Virus record (IMG/VR): IMGVR_UViG_3300038393_002936
DNA: 64,000 bases
Direction: 5' to 3' (one strand)
Source: a virus
The notes below the pieces were generated by a model. That model saw only the letters and a list, made by a program, of their open reading frames with translations. It was not told the DNA's origin and searched no databases. This document shows, one piece after another, positions 48,226 through 59,089 of the stretch (position 1 is the stretch's first letter; each line of letters starts with the position of its first letter). A program made the translations under genes and the position numbers.

Positions 48226-48955
48226 ATGATTCAAAAAGGCTCTGTCCTCCGCCTGCACGAAAAAGGGCTTTATAGGGTCGGGGACTTTCGAATTACCATC
48301 AGTGAAGAGTCAGGAAATTACGTGGCCCAGCTGATGATGACGGGAGACGATGGGGTCGAATACTGGTATCCGGTAGAAATGGTCGTGGAGCTCATTCGCG
48401 ACAGTAAACTCTACCCACACGGGCAAGAAGACATCATTGGCCGGCTTCACAAGATTCTGGCAGAGAAGCGACAAGGAACGGAGCCTTAATAGAGGGGATT
48501 GGAAGTTTAGACTACGCCTGAAGGAGCATCCCGTGACCATTATTGACCGCGATTTGAAGAACGCGAACTTCGACACCGTAACGGCCGCCTGTGACTGTTG
48601 TGGGACCAAGTGCCCCGAGACCACGCGGTGCGGGACGGGCCACTGGGAAAAGGAAATGGCTCGGCTGAATGCGCTGGACAAGGGGTGGTCGGAGAAGCCC
48701 TGGGGCTCAATGCGGGTGCTCGTCTGCCCTACCTGCCAGCAGCACGACACGAACCGCCAGCTGGCGATGTTCAAGTGGCGGGACATCCGGACCGGCCGCC
48801 GGGTGGTGATGACCGAGGCCCAGCTCGAGGCCCTGGTGTCGCACCTGATGACTGTGAACGGGGAGGAAAACGAACTGGCGAACCGTCTGGCATCCGAGCC
48901 AAACCCAAACCGGGTGGGGACACTGGATAGCTTGGTGGTCTTCATCCGTTATTAG
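48226..48955 (+). CDS. Two hypothetical ORFs (48226-48489, 48533-48955; the second has CDCCG...CPTC)
   Basis: GGAGG/AAGGAG RBS; each preceded by the TAATAG..GGGATTGGAAG motif. Confidence 0.55.
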
Positions 48956-48995
48956 AGCAAAGTGCCTACCCGACCGTTCCTACTACCTAACGGGC

Positions 48996-49024
48996 TTGAC
49001 TCACGCTGTCGTTTACACTATTTT
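48996..49024 (+). promoter_or_regulatory. Sigma70-like early promoter (copy 1 of 3)
   Basis: TTGACT-cacgctgtcgtttacac-TATTTT. Confidence 0.6.
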
Positions 49025-49128
49025 AAAGCATTGCTCCGGCAGGAAGGGGGGCAGTGGGCGGGAAGACTTCCAATCCCCCCATCAAAGCTTCCTAGGGATA
49101 TTTCCAACTCCGCCAGGGGACGCAGTCC

Positions 49129-49353
49129 ATGGACCCCGCACTCTGCTACGACGAATTCTTCGACGCCCTCAAGGCAGGTCGCCTATCGGAGGCCTGTGAC
49201 AGGGCGGACGACCTCGAACAGTGGTTTCGTAAAGGCGGCTTTGTTCCGCCAAAGCTCGAAGCCCGAAAGATGTCGGCTCCGCTTTTAGCGGAAATGTTCT
49301 TTCAGACCAGTTTGGTCCTGATGTGGGCTCGGTCGGACATCGAGGACGACTAG
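49129..49353 (+). CDS. Hypothetical protein, family P1 (paralog of 51159-51383)
   Basis: MDP..CYDEF.DALKAGRLS.ACDRADDLE.WFRKGGFVPPKL. Confidence 0.7.
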   Translation: MDPALCYDEFFDALKAGRLSEACDRADDLEQWFRKGGFVPPKLEARKMSAPLLAEMFFQTSLVLMWARSDIEDD

Positions 49354-49401
49354 CTGGCTTCGCCAGCGAATAGTTATTCCAAAAATAGGAGCGCAACACC
49401 T

Positions 49402-49689
49402 GTGACTATTCAGGAAAGGGTTCAGCGAGGGATTGAACTGCTTGATGCGAAAGTTCCCGGCTGGGCCAGCAGGATTAACCTGGACAACCTTCAGTTAAGC
49501 GACTGTGTCGAGTGCGTTCTGGGCCAACTCTTCGGCCGGTTTTCGAAAGGGGCGGACGAGCTCGGCCTGGACTACTGCTCAAGCAAAATCAGAGACCACG
49601 GATTCGACGCCCAACCGAGTGACGCAACAGGTGACTTCCAAAGACTCCAAAAAGAGTGGGTGCGACGAATCCAGGAACGCAAGGCTTAA
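49402..49689 (+). CDS. Hypothetical protein, family P2
   Basis: QERVQRGI.LL...W...CVLGQLFG...GFD...KEWVRRI. Confidence 0.7.
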   Translation: MTIQERVQRGIELLDAKVPGWASRINLDNLQLSDCVECVLGQLFGRFSKGADELGLDYCSSKIRDHGFDAQPSDATGDFQRLQKEWVRRIQERKA

Positions 49690-49941
49690 TAGAGGGGATT
49701 GCTTGGGTGAGCTTCGCTCACGGTGGCCCATTCTGTTCGTCCCTTATGTACCGAAAAACAGAAAAAGCGACCGCCACCATCAGGTAATTCCGGCAGGAGA
49801 GGGAGACACTGCCACTTTCCTGCCGGACAAAGTGCCGTCGGTTGTCCAAGCAAACTCCCCCATTAAGACCGAGCGAAGCGAGTCAAGTTTCTAACCACCT
49901 ACTCGTGCCCACCAGGGCACTTTCAGCTCTGACAGGGAACC

Positions 49942-50647
49942 ATGACAAGGGACCAAAGACACCAGATGGTCGAGGAACTTGCCGGCAAACTAGGACTGCA
50001 AATAAAACGAACGGCCAATAATGACTGGGCAGTTAGCGGCCCCGAAGGGCATCGAGGGATGCTGTCGTACAACCAGAAATCGGGAGTCTGGAAAGCAATT
50101 GGAGGCAGCCTAAGTAAAGCTCACTACGGGGAAGTTGGTGGCCTCTTGAATTTATTTGCCTGCACAAAAGCTAAGTGATGTGGGGAGAAGCAAGATGCGG
50201 AAAAAAGTAGAAACTGTGCCCGTCGACTTCGTCCGCACCATAGGCAAGGACGGGAACCGGCTTTTTGACTACATCGAGACGCAGATTTGAGAACAGGACC
50301 CAGACGAGCCAAAAGGATACGTGCGGTTCGTCCAGTGCCGACCCTTGAAAGATGTGCGGTACTTGCTCCGCAAGGCCCTCGACGCCGCGGGTATTTCTTA
50401 CGAATACGTCAGCAATTACCCGGAGGCTGACAAGGGCCAGCCGTGGCCGGGCGCCCGGGACGGTGAGACCTTCGTCAACCTGGAGCCGGGTGGGAACGAG
50501 GGTTATTCGCTGTACGTGAACGTGCGAGTCCCGAGCCCGAACCGCGACGGGACTTACACGCTTTTTCAGCCAATTCGAGTCAAGCTACTGAGCACAGTCG
50601 ATGAAGCCCTAAAGGCTCATGGCTTCGTGTCTTACTTGTTTCAATAG
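49942..50647 (+). CDS. Small hypothetical ORFs (49942-50178, 50321-50647)
   Basis: RBS-like sequences before both starts. Confidence 0.5.
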
Positions 50648-50664
50648 TTAACCCGACGGCGGTC

Positions 50665-50693
50665 TTGACAATCGCTGTTATTTACACTATTTT
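50665..50693 (+). promoter_or_regulatory. Sigma70-like early promoter (copy 2)
   Basis: TTGACA-atcgctgttatttacac-TATTTT. Confidence 0.65.
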
Positions 50694-50750
50694 ACGAAAA
50701 CCGCACGGGACGCAGTCCCGACGCAGGGCAAAGCCCCGACAGGAGCAAGC

Positions 50751-50969
50751 GTGCTAGCATCTGAACGGAACCCAATTGTCGTGGACATTGAATTTAAGAT
50801 AGATATGTTAAAAATTGGAACAACAAAGACCAAACTGGAGCTTTCACTATCTGACACTGGAGAATCAGCCGAACAAGAAGCCATCGAAGCGGCAACCGCA
50901 CGCATTCAGCGACTGTTCGCCGGGACGAGGGCAATGATGCCACAATCGGAAAATCCCAATGAGGCATGA
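50751..50969 (+). CDS. Hypothetical protein
   Basis: AGGAG RBS + GTG downstream of the promoter. Confidence 0.45.
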   Translation: MLASERNPIVVDIEFKIDMLKIGTTKTKLELSLSDTGESAEQEAIEAATARIQRLFAGTRAMMPQSENPNEA

Positions 50970-51024
50970 ACACCAAGCTCGGTAGGCTCGACCGAGTTTT
51001 TTCGGAACTGCGGCCCGGTCGGGC

Positions 51025-51053
51025 TTGAGACACGCTGTCGTTTACTCTATTTT
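51025..51053 (+). promoter_or_regulatory. Sigma70-like early promoter (copy 3, weaker -35)
   Basis: TTGAGA-cacgctgtcgtttactc-TATTTT. Confidence 0.5.
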
Positions 51054-51158
51054 ATAGCATTGTTCCGGCAGGAAAGGGGGCAGTGGGCGAGCGAACTTCC
51101 AATCCTCCCCATTAAGGCTTCCTAAGGATTTTTCCAACTCCGCCCGGGAGCGAAGCTC

Positions 51159-51383
51159 ATGGACCCAACAGTCTGCTACGACGAGTTCCTCGACGCCCTC
51201 AAGGCGGGTCGTCTGTCGGTAGCCTGCGACCGGGCGGACGACCTCGAAGGGTGGTTTCGCAAGGGCGGCTTTGTCCCGCCGAAGCTCCAGACACGAAAAA
51301 TGTCAGGCTCAGTATTAACGGGAATGTTCTTTAAGACCAGTTTGGTCCTGATGTGGGCTCGGTCGGACATCGAGGACGATTAA
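51159..51383 (+). CDS. Hypothetical protein, family P1
   Basis: Near-identical to 49129-49353. Confidence 0.7.
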   Translation: MDPTVCYDEFLDALKAGRLSVACDRADDLEGWFRKGGFVPPKLQTRKMSGSVLTGMFFKTSLVLMWARSDIEDD

Positions 51384-51428
51384 CGGTTCCGACAGGCTTG
51401 CAAAGCAAGGGTTAATAAGGGGGATAGG

Positions 51429-51674
51429 ATGGACGCCATGCAAGAGCGAGTCCAGCGAGGAATCGAGCTGCTCAACGCGAAAGTTCCCGGCTGGGTTGAG
51501 CGGATAAACATCGACGAACTCAATATGGCAATCTGCGCAAGGTGTGTTCTTGGGCAGCTTTTCGAACACTTTGACCGAGGAAGAAAAGAACTCGGCATTA
51601 AAGGCTTCGAATACACTCACGGTTTCGATGTCGAACGCTTCGCGACAGAATATCCCAGCCTGCGAAAGGAATAG
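51429..51674 (+). CDS. Family P2 member shortened by a TAG at a conserved Trp
   Basis: KE*VRRIKELKAQ versus KEWVRRI in the paralogs. Confidence 0.6.
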   Translation: MDAMQERVQRGIELLNAKVPGWVERINIDELNMAICARCVLGQLFEHFDRGRKELGIKGFEYTHGFDVERFATEYPSLRKE

Positions 51675-51718
51675 GTCCGGAGAATTAAGGAACTCAAGGC
51701 TCAATAGAGGGGGATTGC

Positions 51719-52036
51719 ATGGACAGGTGTGAAACGCCGACGATAAGTATTCAAGAACGAGTTCAAAAAGGAATCGACCTCCTCAACGGGGTCGACCTGC
51801 TGTGGTTCGAAAAGGTAGACCCCAAAACCCTTGCCATGTCCAGTTGCACACGATGTGTCCTGGGCCAAATTTTCGGGCAATTTCACACGGGCTTAGAGCA
51901 AATAAACCTCGAAGAACCCGCTGCAAATTACGGCTTCGACCGCTTCAACCGGGGGATGGAAATCGGAAGCTTTCGAGAATTCGTCGACCTCAAAAAAGAA
52001 TGGGTCCGACGCATTACCGAATTACGGGCATCTTAA
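51719..52036 (+). CDS. Hypothetical protein, family P2
   Basis: IQERVQKGIDLL...CVLGQIFG...KEWVRRI. Confidence 0.7.
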   Translation: MDRCETPTISIQERVQKGIDLLNGVDLLWFEKVDPKTLAMSSCTRCVLGQIFGQFHTGLEQINLEEPAANYGFDRFNRGMEIGSFREFVDLKKEWVRRITELRAS

Positions 52037-52059
52037 CAATTTCCGCGAGGTTCGCAGTC

Positions 52060-52578
52060 ATGCGAATGAATAGGCAAGAATACCTCGACCTCCTAATCAA
52101 AACCAGTCGAGACGGCAAATTCCCGAGCCGCTGCGAGGACGAGCGAGGACCGGACTGCCGCTACCGAACACCCGATGGCGAGCGGCAATGTGCCGTCGGA
52201 CTACTTATTCCGCCCGAGAAATACGTCGCGGGGATGGAATGCGGCTGTGCCCACGAATTGTTCCGCAAATTCCCATCGCTGGAAACCGTCGTCCCCGAAG
52301 GATTAACCGTCGATGACCTGCGAGAAGTTCAAATGGTCCACGACCGCCATTGTCTGTGGGACCACGAGAAGTTTGTCTTGCAGCTCATGGAACTGGAGTG
52401 CTTTCAGGGCCTGTGTCCTTCGGACGGTGAGCAAAACTCACAAGAGCGGTGCGACCAGTGCTTGGGAGTCGGAATGATGCAAACCCACACTTGGGTCGAA
52501 CATGGAAAGGTTCGTTACGAAAAGTGCCCAAAATGCAAAGGTAACGGGTTCGTCTCGACGACCCAAGACAAGAAGTAG
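52060..52578 (+). CDS. Hypothetical protein, family P3, with C-terminal CxxCxGxG Zn finger
   Basis: QEYLDLL..TS..G.FP...C.YR...CAVGLLIP...Q..HD..W; CDQCLGVG...CPKCKGNG. Confidence 0.7.
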   Translation: MRMNRQEYLDLLIKTSRDGKFPSRCEDERGPDCRYRTPDGERQCAVGLLIPPEKYVAGMECGCAHELFRKFPSLETVVPEGLTVDDLREVQMVHDRHCLWDHEKFVLQLMELECFQGLCPSDGEQNSQERCDQCLGVGMMQTHTWVEHGKVRYEKCPKCKGNGFVSTTQDKK

Positions 52579-52612
52579 GCACTATTTCCGGCAGGAGAGA
52601 GGAGCATTGACC

Positions 52613-53682
52613 ATGTGCAGTAGCTGGCAGGCGGGCCTGGTTGTCGCCCAAACCACTCCCAAGGAACGGGCAGACACCAACAACGGCCTGCGATGGGCCA
52701 CTTACCGAGTCCGCCGAATCGACGCGGCCGAGCACCAACTATTGAGGGTGGCCGGGACCGTCGGTCAGTTCGCCCCCTTTCAGCCTTTCGTGCTGGAGGT
52801 CCAACGCACCAAGACTGAGGGGAGCCAGGTCGACGAAGGAAACTGGGAATTCTGGGCCTCGGGTGACAGCCCAGAAGCGGTCATTAACGAGATGTTGGGG
52901 GACACAAGCTTCCTCGAAGCCCAGTCCCTACATCCACTGCATGCGGAGCTGGTCGCCGCGACCCGCGAACTGCGAGAGGCCCAGGACCAAGAATATAGTG
53001 CCGAACGCCGCATGAAGGCCGCCCACCAGGTAGTCCAGGACTTTAAGGACGAGAAGAACCGGGCGTATGCGGCGAAAATCGCCGGCATCACGGACGAGGA
53101 CAAGGTCCGGGAGATTGGCAAACGCATGCTGGCCTCGGCACTGCCTCGATTGGAAGAACTCAGACGAGAGGCGACCGAGGCCGATGCCGCATTCCGGGTC
53201 GCAACGAAGAAGGCGGAACAGCTACGGGCACGCGACAAACAACTTTCCCACCGGACCTCCGGTCAGGTCAGCGAAGCTGACTGCCGGAACGAGGATTGAC
53301 CATGCAAAACCTGCGAATCTTCTCGGCCTTCGTCTCGCCCGACGCCGTTTACGAGCACCCGCCGGACTTGCCGACGAACCCGAAGGAACTGCCAGAAGGC
53401 CCGATTGAAGGATGGGAGTGTTACGCGAGCGTATTCGGAGAATTCCGGTGTGTGAGGCTCAAGGCGGAAATCAAGTTCGAACAGACGCGGGACTCGGGCC
53501 GAGTGCCGTTCATCAGGGCCGCAGGCAGCCAGTTCTACTTCAAAGAAAAAGGCCCGGCCGGACACCCGTGCTGGTATCAGAGTGGGTTCACGCTGCGGTT
53601 CGTCCGCGAACAGCAAGACGCACATGATGTCGCGACACAGCCACCAAAACAGCTCCGAAAACTGCTCGAGGACGACACATGA
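52613..53682 (+). CDS. Two hypothetical ORFs (52613-53299 coiled-coil; 53302-53682)
   Basis: GAGGAG/GAGGA RBS; coupled. Confidence 0.55.
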
Positions 53683-53777
53683 CAATCGGCTTACCAGCCA
53701 CCATCCTGTTCATAATTGTGCTGTTCGCGGTTTTTGACCGCTCGCATCACTAATGACTACTTCCGAAGGAAGTAATT

Positions 53778-54134
53778 ATGTTATTTCACTCACGAATTTA
53801 CATCCCGGCCGCCATCGAACTCCCTGGTGGTCCTCTCAGGCTCACCTACAGCAAACACGCCCTGCACAAGGCGGCAGACAACTACAACGGTGACATTACC
53901 TCTCTCCTGCCGGAAATCCTGGACCCCGCCGACGCCGAGCTGATTGAGGTCGAGACGGACGCGAACCTGCGTCTCATCAAGGTGGTTTACCGTCTCGAAG
54001 TTCGGAACGAACTTTTCGACATCGTGTTGGCCATCCAGACCGACCGAAACCTGGTCCGCACCGTGTGGACTAACGACGTGAGAGACGAGCACCGGAGCCT
54101 CCGCAAGGCTCGATACGTAGGAGCACCGGTCTAA
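53778..54134 (+). CDS. Conserved phage protein, possibly BECR/RelE-like fold
   Basis: YSKHA....IEVE...K.VYR...D.VL.....VRTVW.N. Confidence 0.45.
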   Translation: MLFHSRIYIPAAIELPGGPLRLTYSKHALHKAADNYNGDITSLLPEILDPADAELIEVETDANLRLIKVVYRLEVRNELFDIVLAIQTDRNLVRTVWTNDVRDEHRSLRKARYVGAPV

Positions 54135-54137
54135 AAA

Positions 54138-54350
54138 ATGAATGACGACCAAAAACTATTCCGAGTCGAAAAAGTGCTCGTGCCCGAATGGGGCAAGTCG
54201 ACCACCGAATTCACTCGTTATTTCGTGGCCACAAGTCGCCACAGTGTCGAAGTCATTGTCCGCGAACGATTCGGACGTGGGGGATGGTCGCAGTGGGACC
54301 GATGCGAAACACGGTTCGAAATCGAAGAAGTTCCGGTCGAGATTCTGTGA
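54138..54350 (+). CDS. Hypothetical protein
   Basis: Coupled ORF followed by a terminator. Confidence 0.5.
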   Translation: MNDDQKLFRVEKVLVPEWGKSTTEFTRYFVATSRHSVEVIVRERFGRGGWSQWDRCETRFEIEEVPVEIL

Positions 54351-54353
54351 CTG

Positions 54354-54382
54354 TGCCCCGGGATAATCCCGGGGCATTTTTT
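54354..54382 (+). terminator. Intrinsic terminator
   Basis: TGCCCCGGGA-TAA-TCCCGGGGCA-TTTTTT. Confidence 0.85.
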
Positions 54383-54473
54383 ATTTCCCCAAGGTTGTCG
54401 CCTCTAGCGACATGACTGAAGGTCCGGCAGGGAAGAGTTCTGCCGAAGCCCACCTCACCCTTGGGGAAACAAG

Positions 54474-55163
54474 ATGCCCAAGACCATGAATGCCGCCCCG
54501 CGACTGCTCAGGCCGGCCGCCCACACGAACATTTCGATTCCGTTCGAGTTACCCGTTGTTCAGCTGGTCCCCATCAAAAACTTGAAAGAGGCCGACTACA
54601 ACCCAAAAGACCGAAGCGACCCGAAAAGCACCCAGAAGGTGCTTCAGCTGGCCTCCGCCATTCAGGCGACTCGCACGTGTGGTATTATCTGGATTCGGCC
54701 GGACCTGACAATTATCGAGGGCCATCGAACGGTCGCGGCCCTCAAGGTGCTCGACGCAAGTCACGCACCATGCGTGACATACGAAGGTGACCCGCACCAA
54801 CTGTACGCCCTAATCAATGCGAATCAGAAGCCGCTATCTTCTCGGCACAAACTGGTCAACTACCTGGCCCAGATGACCAGCGTGACCCCGTACATGCAGG
54901 TCGCATTCGCCCGGATGGAACGAATCGTCGGCCGAGTCGCGATGGAACAGGTGTGCCAGAAAGGAGGCAGCCTCGCGACCTTCAAACAGGCCATCGCCAT
55001 CGCCGAATATTGCGGCGAAGAGGATGACCGGTTCGTCAAGAAAGCTCTTCTGTGGCTGGTCAACCTCCGGATGACTCGCTTGGCCCGCCAGTTCATGGAC
55101 GCCCGCAAACCCGCCACCCGTCTTCTCGCCGCCATCGCCGGAAACACGAAATTGTGCTGTTGA
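54474..55163 (+). CDS. ParB/Srx N-terminal domain protein
   Basis: VPI..L....YNP.....L..AI......I......IIEGHR...A.K.L. Confidence 0.7.
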   Translation: MPKTMNAAPRLLRPAAHTNISIPFELPVVQLVPIKNLKEADYNPKDRSDPKSTQKVLQLASAIQATRTCGIIWIRPDLTIIEGHRTVAALKVLDASHAPCVTYEGDPHQLYALINANQKPLSSRHKLVNYLAQMTSVTPYMQVAFARMERIVGRVAMEQVCQKGGSLATFKQAIAIAEYCGEEDDRFVKKALLWLVNLRMTRLARQFMDARKPATRLLAAIAGNTKLCC

Positions 55164-55172
55164 GGAGCCACC

Positions 55173-56298
55173 GTGACCGCTCTTACTGAGGCACGAAACA
55201 TCGCCCAGGCCGTCTTCCATCACCTGCCGTTCGACGAGGTACTTGTCAAAATCGACGGCCGGGAGCTGCTTTTCACCGCCCCGTCCCCGCAGTTACCGGA
55301 CGCCGTCCTGGACGAACTTTGTGAGTCCAAGGGACACGTCTGGGAAACAGTTTACTGGTCCGAGGCCGAGCCACCGGCCCGTTACTGCCCTCACTGCACC
55401 CGTGTCGAAGACGAACACTATTTTTTACGCTGTCAGACTTGAACCCACCGCCGAGCCTGCTACAGTAAACGGGCCGGCGGACTTCTTAAGAACGGAGTTC
55501 TGATGTTCCCGCTCGAATTGTTCGCCTCGCAAATCCAAGCCGGAGACGTGTGGTCCAATCGCGTCGTCCAGCAAGTCTTGCATAGTGGGCCAAAGGTTCG
55601 AATTACGGTCGAACCAGAACAGCCGGGACCGTACGGGGGTGAAATCGTCGTGCGAGACGCGGCGGACAGACTTGTTGTTCATGTGCGTTCCGCACTTGTC
55701 CGTTCCGGACGCTGCCGCAGTTGAATTCATCACGGAGTCAGCCATGACTTTTGAAGAATGGTGGTCGAAACGACCAGGAGAGGGGTTCTTCACCTACACC
55801 CAAGTTTTGTTTGCGGAAAAGATTGCTCGAGAGGCATTCGAAGCGAGCCAAGACGAAATTCTCAGACAGGAAGAGCGAGCGAACAAGGCCGAGGCCCTGA
55901 ACGCCCCACTCCTCGAGCGTATCGAGCAGTTGAGAGCCGCGAGAGCCCAAGCAGAAGGTGAACTCAAAACCCTCGTGACGCTGACGAATGCCCACAGACG
56001 GGTTCACCCCAAGTGCCAGCACTGCGGCTGGGAACAGCAGTTTCCGGTGACCCAATACGAGGCGGCCCGGGATGCCATTAATGAGCATGCGGCCGTCTGT
56101 GAAAAGCACCCGCAGCGGGCAGTCGAAAGAGAACTCAAGGCTCTCAAGCAGGAACTCGAGGCGATTCTGGACCGTGTTCCGGAGGCGGTCCGAGTTCGGG
56201 AGGGAGGAGGTCAGGAGAACTTGGCGGCGAGCCTAGCCATGACGGTTTTCAAACTTCGCGACGAACTCAGGAACCTGAAGGGAGTTCGGCCACATTGA
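55173..56298 (+). CDS. Three hypothetical ORFs (55173-55442, 55503-55724, 55744-56298)
   Basis: GGAG RBS before each; Zn-ribbon motifs in the first and third. Confidence 0.5.
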
Positions 56299-56312
56299 TG
56301 AAAAAGGCCATG

Positions 56313-56379
56313 TTCCGGCAGGAAAGGTTAATAGGGGTGATTGGATGGATAACCACAACACTCCCCTCTCCTGCCGGAA
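56313..56379 (+). repeat. Composite element: motif A > motif B > spacer < motif A
   Basis: TTCCGGCAGGAAAGG TTAATAGGGGTGATTGGATGG ... CTCTCCTGCCGGAA; inverted homologs at 57055-57130 and 59681-59743. Confidence 0.8.
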
Positions 56380-56518
56380 ATTAGTTAGTCGCTTCAACGA
56401 GGAACGAGCAGGGGTTTACCCAAGCAATCCCCCTCATTAAGTCCGAGCAACGCGAGTAAAGTAAGCGACCACCTGACCAAACTTCAAGGACCATTCCAAC
56501 TCCGCCAGGGGCGAAGCC

Positions 56519-56917
56519 ATGCTGAGCAAACAACAATACCTAGACCTTCTCGTCCAAACCAGTCGCAAGGGCATGTTTCCGTCGCAAGATGGCTCGGGCT
56601 GCCTGTATCGAGGACCAAACGGGCGAAAGTGTGCAGTCGGGCTTTTGGTCCCGGATGAGTGCTTCGATAGAAGCATGAATAGTCTTTGTGCTTCTACTCT
56701 TTTTCAAAGACGTCCGGAATTACAAAGCATTATCCCGGATGGCATGAAGATTGAAGACATGACCCGAATTCAACGCATTCACGACACACAACCTTTTGAG
56801 ACCGACTGGAATCACGATGGGTTCGTAAGTCGACTCTTGGCACTGGAGTGTTTCCAGGGTCTCAAACCTTCGGTTGCTGCCGCCCAGGACAGCATCCCAG
56901 ACCCGGCCATTAACTGA
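56519..56917 (+). CDS. Hypothetical protein, family P3
   Basis: QQYLDLLVQTS.KG.FPS...CLYRGPNGRKCAVGLLVPDE. Confidence 0.7.
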   Translation: MLSKQQYLDLLVQTSRKGMFPSQDGSGCLYRGPNGRKCAVGLLVPDECFDRSMNSLCASTLFQRRPELQSIIPDGMKIEDMTRIQRIHDTQPFETDWNHDGFVSRLLALECFQGLKPSVAAAQDSIPDPAIN

Positions 56918-57020
56918 CTACCCATCAACTTCGAAACTTTGGCGGGTTCACCGAACAGATGCTGTCGTTATTGACGGGGGAACTGACGGACATGACTGCT
57001 GTGTAGAAGAGTTTTACTGT

Positions 57021-57067
57021 TTCTAGCAGTCGACTCTGTCGACGGGAGTGAAACTCCGGCAGGAAAG
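57021..57067 (+). repeat. Mini-hairpin pair in a split motif
   Basis: TTCTAGCA GTCGAC-TCT-GTCGAC GGGAGT-GAA-ACTCC GGCAGGAAAG. Confidence 0.75.
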
Positions 57068-57188
57068 TGAGCAGGGGTGGCCACAAAGCGAACCATGCAA
57101 TCCCCCCTGTTAACACCTTCCCCTGCCGGACAGCCACTTGCTCAAACCATCCCAAAGACACTTATGACTCCACCAGGGAGCGAAGCTC

Positions 57189-57892
57189 ATGTTTAGAACC
57201 GAAATCTCCCGCATCATTACCGACCTCCGATACGCCCTCTGTCCCCCGTCGCGGCCCGAGCAAGACGGTCGTCACAAGGGCATCATTTTCAACCTGACGT
57301 TGGACCTGAGCGATTACAGGGAAGATGGGACATCGAGCCTGCGGCAATTCGTCCAGATACTATTTTGCGGGAACACGAGCGTCTTTTACCGCAAATCAGA
57401 CTGGCCATTTACGAACCGTAATAATGAAATGGATTCATGGGTGAACACCTGCAATCATGATAGCTGTTGGCGGAGCGACGGGCTCCGGGTCCTAAACCAG
57501 ATGTATTTCGAAATGGCCGAAGCGGTGAACAGCGAAAAGGCCCCAATTTCACTGCACGACCATTCAGGCCTCGGAGTCATCGGTTCCCAACTCTGGGACC
57601 TAGTCTGGGTTCAACATGAGCGGGACCCAGACGACCAGCACAGATACAAGCGACGGCTTGTGAAACTGGAGGCGAGATGAGCACGACTCAAACTTGCCCA
57701 TCCTGCGGAAGTGAGATGGAGAAAAAGAACAGGAGGCGAATGAGCGACGAGCAAAAGTGGTGTGGCGAATGGTGGAATTGCCTGTGCCGCAATGGGAAAC
57801 AGTGCAACTCGACCGTTCTGATTCCAAGTCAAGAACTCGAGTCATTTTTGACAAAACAGGCTCTGGTTTCCGACAGGGGGCGAAGCCCATGA
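57189..57892 (+). CDS. Two hypothetical ORFs (57189-57680, 57677-57892 Zn ribbon)
   Basis: RBS and ATGA coupling. Confidence 0.55.
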
Positions 57893-58338
57893 ATTGGCAA
57901 CATTCATTCATCGCCAGAATCGACCTCCCCGAAGTGCTAAAAATAGACCCAGAGTGGGACGAACAGACTTACCTTGCCGTACTCAAGCACCGCGTGGCCC
58001 GTGTTGCCCGGTGTCCGATTGGACACGGAATAGTCGGGGTGGTGGTGTACGGGGCGACTCGACGCCTCCAGGAAGTCGACCGACTCCTGGTGGACCCCCA
58101 GTATCGGCGGTGCGGGGTGGGAACCGCCATGTTGCGCGACCTGGCGGCCCTCGGGCTTCGCAAGCACCGTCCGTGGATTGCCGGGTGGGTCGGCGAAGCC
58201 GATTTAGCCTCCCAGATTTGGCTCCGGGACCTCGGGGCCCAGGCTGTTTGTACGGAGGGAGACCAATATCGCTTTGTGTTGGCCTCCGGCCAACTGGTAA
58301 ACACCGAGACTGCGAAATTGACTGGAGGTGTCTCATGA
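57889..58338 (+). CDS. Second RimI-like GNAT acetyltransferase
   Basis: DLPEVLKID...L.VDPQYRRCGVGTAML...V.E..LASQIWLR. Confidence 0.7.
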   Translation: MNWQHSFIARIDLPEVLKIDPEWDEQTYLAVLKHRVARVARCPIGHGIVGVVVYGATRRLQEVDRLLVDPQYRRCGVGTAMLRDLAALGLRKHRPWIAGWVGEADLASQIWLRDLGAQAVCTEGDQYRFVLASGQLVNTETAKLTGGVS

Positions 58339-58682
58339 ACACTGAGCGTTTATTGAAGCTGGCTGACTTCCTCGACACTGTGCCGGCGGAGCAATTCGAC
58401 CTATCGAGTTGGAAATGCAGCACAACGGCGTGTGCGGTCGGATGGGCATGCACCATCCCTGAATTCCAAGACGAAGGACTACGCTCGGCCAACATGGCCC
58501 ACGCGGGATTGCCTTTGTTCGATAATAAGAGCGGATGGGATGCGGTTAACGCATTCTTCGCAGTTACAGACGAACAAGCCGACCATCTGTTTTATGATTT
58601 GAATTATCCAAACCGACACAGAACCACACCCGCCGAGGTGGCGAATCGAATCCGTAAATTGGTCATCGATTCAAGCAAATAA
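58335..58682 (+). CDS. Hypothetical protein, family P4
   Basis: ERLLKLADFL..VPAEQFDL..W.C...ACAVGWA...EVA.RIR. Confidence 0.7.
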   Translation: MNTERLLKLADFLDTVPAEQFDLSSWKCSTTACAVGWACTIPEFQDEGLRSANMAHAGLPLFDNKSGWDAVNAFFAVTDEQADHLFYDLNYPNRHRTTPAEVANRIRKLVIDSSK

Positions 58683-58706
58683 CTCGACTTCTGTTTAGGA
58701 GCAAAC

Positions 58707-59069
58707 ATGCATAAAGAACGATTGCTGAAACTGGCCGATTTCCTGGGCGAGGTTCCGGCCGAACAATTCGACCTGGCCCGGTGGCGATGTGACTCGAGTG
58801 CGTGCGCCGTAGGTTGGGCTTGCACGATGCCGGCCTTTATAGCCGAAGGCCTGAAAATCGCACACGACGGCCTTGGGTGGTTTCCCGCCTTTAAAGGTCG
58901 AGGCGGCTGGGAAGCTGTGGACATTTTTTTCGAGCTTAATCCTTATGACTCGGAATATTTGTTCGACGAAGGTTGTTACGATGGTGAAACGAAAGCGTCT
59001 CCCGCCGAAGTCGCCGACCGTATCCGAAAGTTCATAGAAAGTGGCGGCAAACGAGACGCTTGTAACTGA
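58707..59069 (+). CDS. Hypothetical protein, family P4
   Basis: Tandem paralog of 58335-58682. Confidence 0.7.
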   Translation: MHKERLLKLADFLGEVPAEQFDLARWRCDSSACAVGWACTMPAFIAEGLKIAHDGLGWFPAFKGRGGWEAVDIFFELNPYDSEYLFDEGCYDGETKASPAEVADRIRKFIESGGKRDACN

Positions 59070-59089
59070 ACAGTCTCTTCGTGAATTAT

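Noticed and set aside
54474-55163. Motif A as a parS site for the ParB-like protein
   Set aside because: Chromosomal parS sites are palindromic and clustered, whereas motif A is asymmetric and dispersed; no ParA or clear HTH domain is seen.
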